A stretch of 17,212 bases of DNA from a bacterium (GTDB taxonomy: Bacteria > SZUA-182 > DTGQ01 > JAFGSM01): contig JBLIRO010000094.1 of NCBI GenBank assembly GCA_049472335.1, forward strand, positions 1 to 17,212. Reading direction: 5' to 3'. The translations under genes were made by a program, and so were the position numbers. Of the stretch, positions 1-8,212 are shown in pieces. The notes beneath the pieces are model-generated. The model ran no database searches. It was given only the letters and a program-made list of their open reading frames with translations, and had not been told where the DNA came from. Each line of letters opens with the position of its first letter. Positions within the stretch are counted from its first letter, which is position 1.

Positions 1-2
1 AA

Positions 3-3000
3 TCACCGGCAATAGCCTCTGATGGAACGCTTTATGTCGGAAGCTTTGATAAAAAGATATACGCACTCAATCCGGATAGAAGCCTTAAATGGGATTATCA
101 GGCAGGTGATTCCATCCCTTCATCACCGGCCATAGATATGGACGGAACGATCTATTTCGTGGACTATGACGGCAAGATATACGCTTTCAATCCGGATGGA
201 AGCCTTAAATGGGATTATCAAACCTATGACAGAATATACTCCGCAGTCTCTATCGGCTCTGACGGGACAGTCTATGCCGGAAGCCACGACAGCAGGCTTT
301 ACGCCCTGAACCCGGATGGAAGCTTGAAATGGCGATCACAAATCGGAGACGAGGTAATATCCTCACCAGCTATTGGCCCTGATGGTACGATCTATATCGG
401 TAATGGTACTATCATCGACAATAACGAGAGCGTGGAATTTGGAAACGGCAAAGTCAACGCATTTAACTCTTATGGGACCCTCAAATGGAGCTATCAAACC
501 GGTTCCTTTGTCTCTGCTCCACCCGCCATAGATGCTGAGGGCACTATTTACATCGGAGATTGGGATGGAATGGTTTACGCTTTAACCCCTGGCGGAAGCC
601 TGAAATGGAATTACCAAACAGGCGGGGCGATCTTTTCCTCCCCTGCCATAGGTGAGGACGGGATGATTTATGTGAGATGCTCCGACGGGAATATTTACGC
701 GTTGGGAGATACCGAACCACCGGAAATCATTTGTCCGGCCAATATGCTTGTGCCGGCAATAAACAGTATTCATGTTAAAGTGACCTATCAAGCAACGGTT
801 ACCGACAATATAGATCCTAGTCCGGTAGTGGTTTATAAACCCAGGTCAGGATATGATTTCCTGCTTGGAACGACAGAGGTTAAAGCTACCGCAACTGATT
901 TTTCAGGCAATGTCAGCACCTGCACCTTCAAGGTAACCGTCAAAGATCTCATGCCTCCAGAGGTTATCTGCCCCGCAGATTTAGTAGTTCCCGATACAGG
1001 AGACCTGACCGAGGTATCTTACTCCGCAACAGTCACTGACAATTTAGACCGCAGTCCTAATGTTACCTATTCACCCAAATCAGGATCGGAATTCCCTGTG
1101 GGCACAACAGAGGTTTTGGTAAAGGCAAAGGATTATTCAGGGAATTCCGCCACATGCACATTCAATGTGACTGTAAAGGATAATCCGCCTCATATCAACT
1201 GCCCGGTTGAGCTGATTTTTCCATCAACCGGTGATCTGACCCAGGTAAACTACTCTGTCGCAGTAACCGATACTATAGACCCAAACCCTTTGATAATCTA
1301 CGATCCCGAACCAGGGTCCGGATTCCCACCAGGCACGACATTGATCAGGGTCGTTGCCACAGATCTCTCAGGGAATTCCAGCACCTGTGATTTTAATCTT
1401 ATAGTCAGGGACATGCCGCTGGAACCCGGAAAACTCTCAGACTCCTCATGGCCTTGTATGGGTCATGATTCCAGGCATACAGGCCGCAGCCCCTATTTAG
1501 GCGCCCAAAGCAATAATTTAAAATGGTCTTATAAGACTATGAACTCAATAAGATGCTCTCCGGCCATTGGGGCCGATGGGACTATCTATATAGGAAGCTG
1601 GGATGCCCGGCTTTATGCCCTCAATCCGGATGGCAGTCTGAAATGGTCCTATAAAACAGGGCAATTGGTCAGCTCCTCACCTGCCATAGGTTCCGACGGC
1701 ACGATCTATTTCGGGAGTGAAGATCATAATATCTACGCCCTTAATCCGGATGGCAGCTTGAAATGGAGCTATCAATCGAACAAGTATGTCTATTCCTCAC
1801 CTGTTATAGATGCGGACGGAACAATCTATATTGGTAGCCATGACGGCAGCATTTACGCCCTTAATCAGGACGGAAGCCTTAAATGGAGCTGTCCCATCGG
1901 ATCGTATGTTTTATCGTCGCCCGCTATCGGGGCAGATGGTATGGTCTATGTGGGAGGATCCAGTGACAACAAGGTTTACGCGCTGGATCCTGACGATGGA
2001 AGCCTGCTCCTGAGCTTCCAAACCGGAGACATGGTTAAATCATCTCCTGCCATAGGGGATGACGGGGCTGTGTATATCGGAAGTTATGACGGAAAGGTAT
2101 ACGCCCTTAATCCTAATTTTACCTTGAGATGGAGCTTCCAAACCGGTGACAAAATAATATCCTCCCCTGCCATTGCAGAAGATGGTACAATTTATATCGG
2201 GAGTTATGATGGCAGGGTATACGCCATCAATTCCAATGGCAGCTTGAAGTGGAGCTATAAAACAAGCGACTCAGTGACTGCAACAGCAGCAATAGGGTCT
2301 GATGGGACAGTCTATATAGGAGGCATGGATAAAAATATTTACGCTTTCAACCCGGACGGGACCATTAAATGGAGTTACCTGGCAGGGCAAAATATACATC
2401 TGGCATCACCAGCCATAGGGAAAGACGGCACAATCTATATCGGTTGCATGGATTGCAAGGTTTACGCCTTTGACGGAAACGGAGCTAACTGTTTTTTTGA
2501 TTCTGATAATGATGGATATGGAGACCTAGAAAAGGTTTTTAATTCAGCTTCCTGCCCTGAAGACTATGTAGCAGACCACACGGATTGTGATGATCAGGAT
2601 GATTCAATCTACCCGGGCGCTTTAGAATTATGTGACGGCAAAGATAATGACTGTGACGGGGTCATTCCCAATGACGAAGTTGATTCGGACGAAGACGGAC
2701 ATCTTGCCTGCAATGATTGTAATGATAATGACGGCAATGTTTATCCCGGGGCATCCGGCACGCATAATGGAAAAGACAATAACTGCAATGGAATTATAGA
2801 CAGAGATGAAAAGAAAGCTTACTCTCCCGGCTCTTCATATACGACCTATTTGCCCTTAATGCTCTCACCATGGTTGCGGCAATTTCAATCAGTGCCAATG
2901 AATTATCAACAAAAGGTATTAACTCCGTCATTGCCTTCGATGGACTTTAACATTTATCAACAATTTCCGTGGAATATAGGTTATCAGACTCCTTATTATC

Positions 3001-3146
3001 AAAACATATTCTCCCGGAACATTTATCAATATAAACAGTATCAATATAATCAGCCCAGATCCCTCTTTAACCAACCCTATTGGTCATGGCCCTATTTTCA
3101 GTCCTTAAATACCTTTGACAATCAGTTTTTCCTATTCACTTTCTGA
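3..3146 (+). CDS. 5'-partial large extracellular protein: PQQ-like/BamB-type beta-propeller repeats, 3 HYR domains, a second 8-blade propeller, 2 MopE-like metal-binding motifs and a Y/Q/P-rich tail
   Basis: The frame is open from position 3 (SPAIASDGTLYVGSFDKKIYALNPDRSLKWDY), so the ATG at 138 is internal. It has repeated SSPAIG.DGTIY.GS.D...YALNPDGSLKW units (6 visible, then 8). Three PP.I.CP...G.T.V...A.D.SGN..TC.F.V.V repeats lie at ~708-1410, and DC.D....YPGA....GKDN.C.G motifs at ~2490-2800. Confidence 0.9.
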   Translation, partial: SPAIASDGTLYVGSFDKKIYALNPDRSLKWDYQAGDSIPSSPAIDMDGTIYFVDYDGKIYAFNPDGSLKWDYQTYDRIYSAVSIGSDGTVYAGSHDSRLYALNPDGSLKWRSQIGDEVISSPAIGPDGTIYIGNGTIIDNNESVEFGNGKVNAFNSYGTLKWSYQTGSFVSAPPAIDAEGTIYIGDWDGMVYALTPGGSLKWNYQTGGAIFSSPAIGEDGMIYVRCSDGNIYALGDTEPPEIICPANMLVPAINSIHVKVTYQATVTDNIDPSPVVVYKPRSGYDFLLGTTEVKATATDFSGNVSTCTFKVTVKDLMPPEVICPADLVVPDTGDLTEVSYSATVTDNLDRSPNVTYSPKSGSEFPVGTTEVLVKAKDYSGNSATCTFNVTVKDNPPHINCPVELIFPSTGDLTQVNYSVAVTDTIDPNPLIIYDPEPGSGFPPGTTLIRVVATDLSGNSSTCDFNLIVRDMPLEPGKLSDSSWPCMGHDSRHTGRSPYLGAQSNNLKWSYKTMNSIRCSPAIGADGTIYIGSWDARLYALNPDGSLKWSYKTGQLVSSSPAIGSDGTIYFGSEDHNIYALNPDGSLKWSYQSNKYVYSSPVIDADGTIYIGSHDGSIYALNQDGSLKWSCPIGSYVLSSPAIGADGMVYVGGSSDNKVYALDPDDGSLLLSFQTGDMVKSSPAIGDDGAVYIGSYDGKVYALNPNFTLRWSFQTGDKIISSPAIAEDGTIYIGSYDGRVYAINSNGSLKWSYKTSDSVTATAAIGSDGTVYIGGMDKNIYAFNPDGTIKWSYLAGQNIHLASPAIGKDGTIYIGCMDCKVYAFDGNGANCFFDSDNDGYGDLEKVFNSASCPEDYVADHTDCDDQDDSIYPGALELCDGKDNDCDGVIPNDEVDSDEDGHLACNDCNDNDGNVYPGASGTHNGKDNNCNGIIDRDEKKAYSPGSSYTTYLPLMLSPWLRQFQSVPMNYQQKVLTPSLPSMDFNIYQQFPWNIGYQTPYYQNIFSRNIYQYKQYQYNQPRSLFNQPYWSWPYFQSLNTFDNQFFLFTF

Positions 3147-3372
3147 TACTAAGGGAAAAGGGGGATTTTTTTATGGACATCAATTCAGAAATGCAGAAAA
3201 GCATCCTTTGATATGAGGGATCATATAGAGATATTAAATTAGTATTACAATTACAATATACAATTACTGTCTTCATGTGGTATTATATATATTGATCTAA
3301 TTTTGAACATATGACCAAATACTTTTTTCAGCGTGATGCTTCATTCTGAAGGATATTGAACGATTACTGAAA

Positions 3373-3645
3373 ATGACCTTAAAAATCTTCCTTACTATAT
3401 TTATTACTGTGCTTTTTGCGGAATTAGGAGACAAAACCCAACTAGCGACTCTACTGTTTGCAACGAATAAAGAAAATTCCAAACTCCTTGTATTTCTTGC
3501 AGCATCCCTTGCCCTTTTACTGGCAACCAGCATCGCTGTAATTTTGGGTGATGCTCTCGCTAAATATATAAATCCCAGATACCTGACATGGATTGCGGGA
3601 GTCGGATTTATAATCATAGGGATTTGGACAATCCTTTTTTCATAA
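3373..3645 (+). CDS. TMEM165/GDT1 (UPF0016) family membrane protein, single-repeat (half-size) form; putative Mn2+/Ca2+ transporter
   Basis: Signature AELGDKTQLA (E-x-G-D-K-T) and three hydrophobic segments in 90 aa. Confidence 0.9.
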   Translation: MTLKIFLTIFITVLFAELGDKTQLATLLFATNKENSKLLVFLAASLALLLATSIAVILGDALAKYINPRYLTWIAGVGFIIIGIWTILFS

Positions 3646-3707
3646 ATACAATTTAAATACGAGATAAAAGCAAAAAATTGGCCCCTGATATAAAGGAGGG
3701 ACGTGTG

Positions 3708-6700
3708 ATGAGAAAGACAGCCCTTTTATTGGGAATGTTCCTGATTATTGTTCTTCCATTTATGCTTACCGTATCTCATGCACAGACAACCGTTACTATT
3801 CAGCAAGGAGTGAATGGATATACGCAGGGCAGGGACACCTTCATTACCCAATTGTGGGATGCAGATGATAACCTGGGCGGGCATGAATATTTGGAATGTG
3901 ATAAAGAGGATGTGGATATAGGGAGGATACTGGTTTATTTTGGCCTGAGCGGAGTCATCCCTGATGACGCTTCCATTTCTGAGGCCAGGCTGGAGCTTTA
4001 TAATTTCGATGAAGAGTGGGATGAGCAGGAAGAAGAGTTATCAGCCTATAGGATGACCGCTGAATGGATTGAAGGGGCAGGCACGAAGGATACCATTTAT
4101 GATATCATACCGAATCAAAGCGGGGCATATTGGGGCCATTCCGGATATAGTCCCTGGAATGGAGGGGCATTTGATTCCACCCTGTTGGACAGGATCACGC
4201 TCCCTGCCCGTCCGGGAATATCCTCTGATGGTGGATGGTTTAGCTGGACCATAACCGGAGCGGTTCAAGCCTGGTATACAGGAAGCGCCCCTAATTATGG
4301 GATAATTCTAAGGGGTGACGGCTTTGGGGAATGGGCGGTTCATTATTTCCGGTCTAATGAGTATTCGGACCCATCGTTACATCCGAGATTGGTTATTACC
4401 TATACCGTTAATGGAACGATAAATCATCCCCCTGCCTGTGAAGCCGGGACCTATGGCTCCTATACAGAGGGTTCAACTGTGAATCTAACCGGCACTGCCT
4501 CCGATCTAGACGGAGACCCTCTAACTTATTTATGGACGCAAGTGTCAGGACCTTCCGTCACTATATTGAATGACACAACTCTCGGAGCAAACTTTGAAGC
4601 GCCGGAGGTGGGCTCCGCCGGAGCCATTGTAGTAGTCCGGCTGACTGTCAACGACGGCCATGGAGGCACGGCTTTTGATGAAGCCACAATATCCATCACT
4701 GATTCAACAGGCCCTTCCGGGGCAATTATCATTGATCATACATGCATGGATATATCTCAGGTCCCTGTCAACCGCATAGAGGCAGCTAAAAGCAATCTCA
4801 GGATCTGGTACGGACATACCTCTCATGGGAGTCAGATCACCAGCGGTATGGAGGCTATGGCCGATAGCCTCTTTAGCTTTAATAGCGGACCAGGCTCCCT
4901 TTCTTACGTAGAAAGAACCGATATGGATCTTGGCCACGAGGGAGATTTAGCCTGGCGAGACGCGACCGTTACTCAATTAAATATGGCAACCAATGACCGC
5001 AATGTAGTAATCTGGTCATGGTGCGGAGGGGTATCGGATAATACGGAATCAGGGATCAATACTTATCTCCAGGCCATGAATCAACTGGAGACCGACTATC
5101 CTTATATTAAATTTGTTTATATGACCGGTCATTTAGATGGCACCGGTGAAACCGGAAACCTTCATATACGTAATAATCAGATCCGGGACTACTGTCGCGC
5201 CAATAATAAGATCCTGTTTGATTTTGCGGACATCGAAAGCTATAATCCGGACGGAAATTATTATCTTGACCGGGAGTCTGATGATAACTGTGATTATTAT
5301 GAAGGAGGGGTGCCGAGAAACTGGGCGCAGGAATGGTGTGCTGCTAATCCGGGGGAGTGTTCGTCCTGTGAATGCGCCCATTCACAGTCATTGAATTGTG
5401 ACCTTAAGGCCAGGGCGTTCTGGTGGATGCTGGCCAGGATTGCCGATTGGGACCCGAATGCCTCTCCGGTCCTCCAGGGTCTTCTAGATCCAAATGACCT
5501 GGTTTACCTGGGGGCCTTCAGACTTCCGGATAGTGCACCAGGGTCAACTGAAGTGGAATCCTGGGAGTATGGCGGCGAGGCCTTAGCCTATAGGCCCGAT
5601 GGTGACCCCGGAGGTGACGCGGACGGATACCCTGGGTCCCTTTTCGGCACCGGGAATGCCACTCAAAATTATGTTTCCGAGATAAGTATCCCCGCGCCAG
5701 GCCTGTCACGCAATTTGAATGAGCTAAACACAGCCGTTACCATCCAGGGATTTCATGACGTCAGGGGCGGCCTTTTTGAGGCATGGGATGAATTACCCCG
5801 TGTAGGGCTGGAATACCTTCCCGCACAGGGTGAACAGACATCGCCCAAGCTCTATCTGGCCTTTGGCCAGCATCTACATGGTGATGTAATACATCCTACA
5901 CACGGATGGTGCGATATAAACCTGTCCAGCCCAAATACGGCAGGGGGGTGGTATATCGGCAATGAATCCCTCTATAACACTACCGGATATATTTTTACCA
6001 TTCCACAGGAGTGGGCTGATATCCATACGGGAGGTGCTGCGCTCGCAGCAGGGAGATACAGGGATGGAGGTTTATCCGGGATGGGACCCTCCATGTTTGC
6101 CTATAGCCCGTGGATCGATGGTAACCCGCCTGCCCCGGGCACCCATCTTGATTCCCATAGAATGCTATTATACTCGAGCAGACTCGATGATCCGACAGAT
6201 TTCAGGATGAATGATTATCGTGATCCGGATGAGTGGGAGGGAGGGGCCTGGATAACAGCCGGGGACAGGGCGGCCGTGGTGTTTGTGGGCACAAAGGCAA
6301 CAGGTGATTATTGGTGGTATGGATTTACCAGCCCTGCCGGTGACGGTATGCCCTGTGTTCACGTTACAGGTGATATATTCTGTTTTAATGCCGACGGGAC
6401 ATCATGTCCGTCAGAGCTTGCGGGTTATTGCGAAGGACATGTTGCCGAAAGCAGGGGATGGTGGAGCTCAAGATTCGATGCCCAGATGATATTTTATAAT
6501 CCTGCGAACTTTGCTTCTGTGCTCAATGGCACAATGGAGTCCTATGGACCTCAACCCTATGCAACACTTGATATTGACGAGCACCTGTTCCTGAACGCGA
6601 CAGTCGAGCAACAGCTTCTGGGCACAGGGGACCAGCGCAGATACCGGATAGGTGAAATGGCCTATGACAGGGAACGGAATTACCTATATGTCTTTGAACG

Positions 6701-7226
6701 TTTCGCGGACGGATCAAAACCGGTTGTTCATGTATGGGGCGTCTCTTCAAGCCCCATCATTACGGTGCCCATGGACATTCCTGCCGGGTGGAGTATGATC
6801 TCTATTCCCCTCATTCCGGAGAATGCCTCTGTCTCATCAATATTTCCCGATGCAGTGGTCGTTTATGGATATGCAAGGGAAGTGGGGTATGAACGGATAC
6901 CTGAGGACGAAAACCTGGAGGTTGGAAGGGGATACTGGATATTGTTTAATACCGAACAAAACCTTACCCTTACCGGACAGCCTATCCCAAATTATACTCT
7001 TCAGACAGATGAAGGTGGATGGGCCATGGTCGGAGGATGTTCATCGGACGCAGAGACGTCGTCTCACAATTGCAATATAGGGGTAATTTACGGATTTGTA
7101 CAGGGGGCTGGTTATCAACGGATTACTGAATCAGAAGCTATTAAACCCGGCAAAGGGTACTGGATACTGCTTAACAATGTTACAGGCCAGGCTCAATTAA
7201 GGGTGGAGGCAACAGGTGGGCCCTGA
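3708..7226 (+). CDS. Secreted multidomain protein: signal peptide, DNRLRE/CBM96-like domain, PKD/Ig-like domain, two uncharacterised domains and C-terminal GW...G.GYW repeats
   Basis: The RBS AAGGAGG at 3693-3699 favours GTG 3705 or ATG 3708 over TTG 3678. Signal peptide MRKTALLLGMFLIIVLPFMLTVSHA. DNRLRE-like motifs DTFI..., RILVYF, ISEARLELY, NYGIIL, P.LVITY (~3790-4403). PKD-like V.LTGTASDLDGDPLTYLWTQVSGP (~4422-4703). Confidence 0.85.
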   Translation: MRKTALLLGMFLIIVLPFMLTVSHAQTTVTIQQGVNGYTQGRDTFITQLWDADDNLGGHEYLECDKEDVDIGRILVYFGLSGVIPDDASISEARLELYNFDEEWDEQEEELSAYRMTAEWIEGAGTKDTIYDIIPNQSGAYWGHSGYSPWNGGAFDSTLLDRITLPARPGISSDGGWFSWTITGAVQAWYTGSAPNYGIILRGDGFGEWAVHYFRSNEYSDPSLHPRLVITYTVNGTINHPPACEAGTYGSYTEGSTVNLTGTASDLDGDPLTYLWTQVSGPSVTILNDTTLGANFEAPEVGSAGAIVVVRLTVNDGHGGTAFDEATISITDSTGPSGAIIIDHTCMDISQVPVNRIEAAKSNLRIWYGHTSHGSQITSGMEAMADSLFSFNSGPGSLSYVERTDMDLGHEGDLAWRDATVTQLNMATNDRNVVIWSWCGGVSDNTESGINTYLQAMNQLETDYPYIKFVYMTGHLDGTGETGNLHIRNNQIRDYCRANNKILFDFADIESYNPDGNYYLDRESDDNCDYYEGGVPRNWAQEWCAANPGECSSCECAHSQSLNCDLKARAFWWMLARIADWDPNASPVLQGLLDPNDLVYLGAFRLPDSAPGSTEVESWEYGGEALAYRPDGDPGGDADGYPGSLFGTGNATQNYVSEISIPAPGLSRNLNELNTAVTIQGFHDVRGGLFEAWDELPRVGLEYLPAQGEQTSPKLYLAFGQHLHGDVIHPTHGWCDINLSSPNTAGGWYIGNESLYNTTGYIFTIPQEWADIHTGGAALAAGRYRDGGLSGMGPSMFAYSPWIDGNPPAPGTHLDSHRMLLYSSRLDDPTDFRMNDYRDPDEWEGGAWITAGDRAAVVFVGTKATGDYWWYGFTSPAGDGMPCVHVTGDIFCFNADGTSCPSELAGYCEGHVAESRGWWSSRFDAQMIFYNPANFASVLNGTMESYGPQPYATLDIDEHLFLNATVEQQLLGTGDQRRYRIGEMAYDRERNYLYVFERFADGSKPVVHVWGVSSSPIITVPMDIPAGWSMISIPLIPENASVSSIFPDAVVVYGYAREVGYERIPEDENLEVGRGYWILFNTEQNLTLTGQPIPNYTLQTDEGGWAMVGGCSSDAETSSHNCNIGVIYGFVQGAGYQRITESEAIKPGKGYWILLNNVTGQAQLRVEATGGP

Positions 7227-7293
7227 AGTAAATTACATGAAGGTATTGTTCAGGTTAAAATAAAGTATGTTTATTCAATATATTTTTTTACCT

Positions 7294-7322
7294 TTGCCAT
7301 TATCAAGAAAAAATATTATAAT
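7294..7322 (+). promoter_or_regulatory. sigma70-type promoter
   Basis: TTGCCA (7294-7299), 17-nt spacer, TATAAT (7317-7322). The predicted start at ~7329-7331 coincides with the 5' arm of a long helix. Confidence 0.75.
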
Positions 7323-7328
7323 ATTATA

Positions 7329-7543
7329 TAGGTACTCTGCAGGGCTATTGAGCATTTACCCCAATTGAATTTGGTAATTAATTTCTTTGAAAGAAAGGAA
7401 TGATTATAATTTTTCGTATGATGTTTATGTTTGAAATCGATCCGGAAGGAGATGATGCACTATAGTGAATTTGTGAAGCCCTGCAGGGTATTAATTGATT
7501 AAACAACAACTTAATGATGACTGCTTTCATAGCAGTCTTTTTT
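7329..7543 (+). ncRNA. Candidate structured non-coding RNA or attenuator leader; family not recognised
   Basis: Bounded by a promoter and an intrinsic terminator. 7331-7346 pairs with 7477-7492 over 16 bp, with three G-U pairs and no true mismatches on the + strand. Internal hairpins include TCC-GGAA-GGA. Confidence 0.55.
7519..7543 (+). terminator. Intrinsic (Rho-independent) terminator
   Basis: GACTGCT-ttcat-AGCAGTC 7-bp stem followed by TTTTTT. Confidence 0.75.
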
Positions 7544-7597
7544 ATATTATTATAGTAGAAGAATGATTATAAGCTTCAACAAACAGGAAATGAACTG

Positions 7598-8197
7598 ATG
7601 GCAATTTTAACCATTTCCAGGACCTATGGATGTGGCGCAAGAGAAATGGCCAGAGACCTTGCCCAAAAATTAGGTTATACTGTATTTGAGAAAGAAATTG
7701 TCCTCATGCTGGCTAAAAAACTGGATCGAAAGAAGGAATACGCCCTCGAACATGATGAGCTGAGAGATATGTTTTCTTCATCAATAATCGATTCCGTATC
7801 TTCCCGTTTTGCCTTTCTTAAAAAGGATTCCATTTCTCCCCAGGAATATGCTGAAGCGCTAAAGGATATCTTTAAGGAATTAGCAAGACAGGGAAACGTC
7901 ATTGTAGTGGGCAGGGGATCTCAATTTATACTGCAGGACCAGGCCGATGTGTTTCATATCAGGCTGGTTGCATCCATTAAAGACCGCGTCAGGCATCTAA
8001 AAGAGCAACATTTCCTCACGTCTTCTGACGATACCCTCATACAGAAAATAAAGGCCGAAGACCGGCGCAGGCGGGAATTCCTGAAAACCCATTTTCACCA
8101 AACCGGGGAAGACCCGCTCCTTTATCATCTAACAATCAATCTCAGCAGAATTTCCAGGGCAAAAGCCAAAGAAACAATTCTAAAACTCATTGATTGA
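7598..8197 (+). CDS. Cytidylate kinase-like family protein (Cytidylate_kin2 type)
   Basis: N-terminal ILTISRTYGCGAREMARDLAQKLGY, then GNVIVVGRGSQFIL, HIRLVA, D..RR.F and YHLTIN motifs typical of this family. Confidence 0.85.
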   Translation: MAILTISRTYGCGAREMARDLAQKLGYTVFEKEIVLMLAKKLDRKKEYALEHDELRDMFSSSIIDSVSSRFAFLKKDSISPQEYAEALKDIFKELARQGNVIVVGRGSQFILQDQADVFHIRLVASIKDRVRHLKEQHFLTSSDDTLIQKIKAEDRRRREFLKTHFHQTGEDPLLYHLTINLSRISRAKAKETILKLID

Positions 8198-8212
8198 AAT
8201 AACCGTTTTTAT

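Noticed and set aside
138..140. ATG 138 as the start of the first gene
   Set aside because: The frame is open and continues the same repeat pattern back to position 3, so the true start is outside the window.
3..2473. ~120-nt nucleotide repeats as a CRISPR array or DGR template/variable repeats
   Set aside because: They are degenerate in-frame propeller blades without constant-repeat/unique-spacer structure, and no cas or reverse transcriptase gene is present.
3147..3372. yybP-ykoY Mn2+ riboswitch upstream of the GDT1-family gene
   Set aside because: Plausible from context, but I could not find the conserved GGGGAGUA-type motif or four-way junction. An Rfam scan would be definitive.
3297..3617. 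106-aa minus-strand ORF
   Set aside because: Antisense shadow of the TMEM165/GDT1 gene.
7436..7460. SRP RNA, suggested by TCCGGAAGGA
   Set aside because: The flanking conserved CAGG...AGCAG internal-loop nucleotides are missing (here ATCGA...GATGA).
7448..7530. Fluoride riboswitch, suggested by GGAGATG and TGATGAC
   Set aside because: There is no complementary P1 strand (CTCC) shortly after GGAGATG and no matching pseudoknot pairing.
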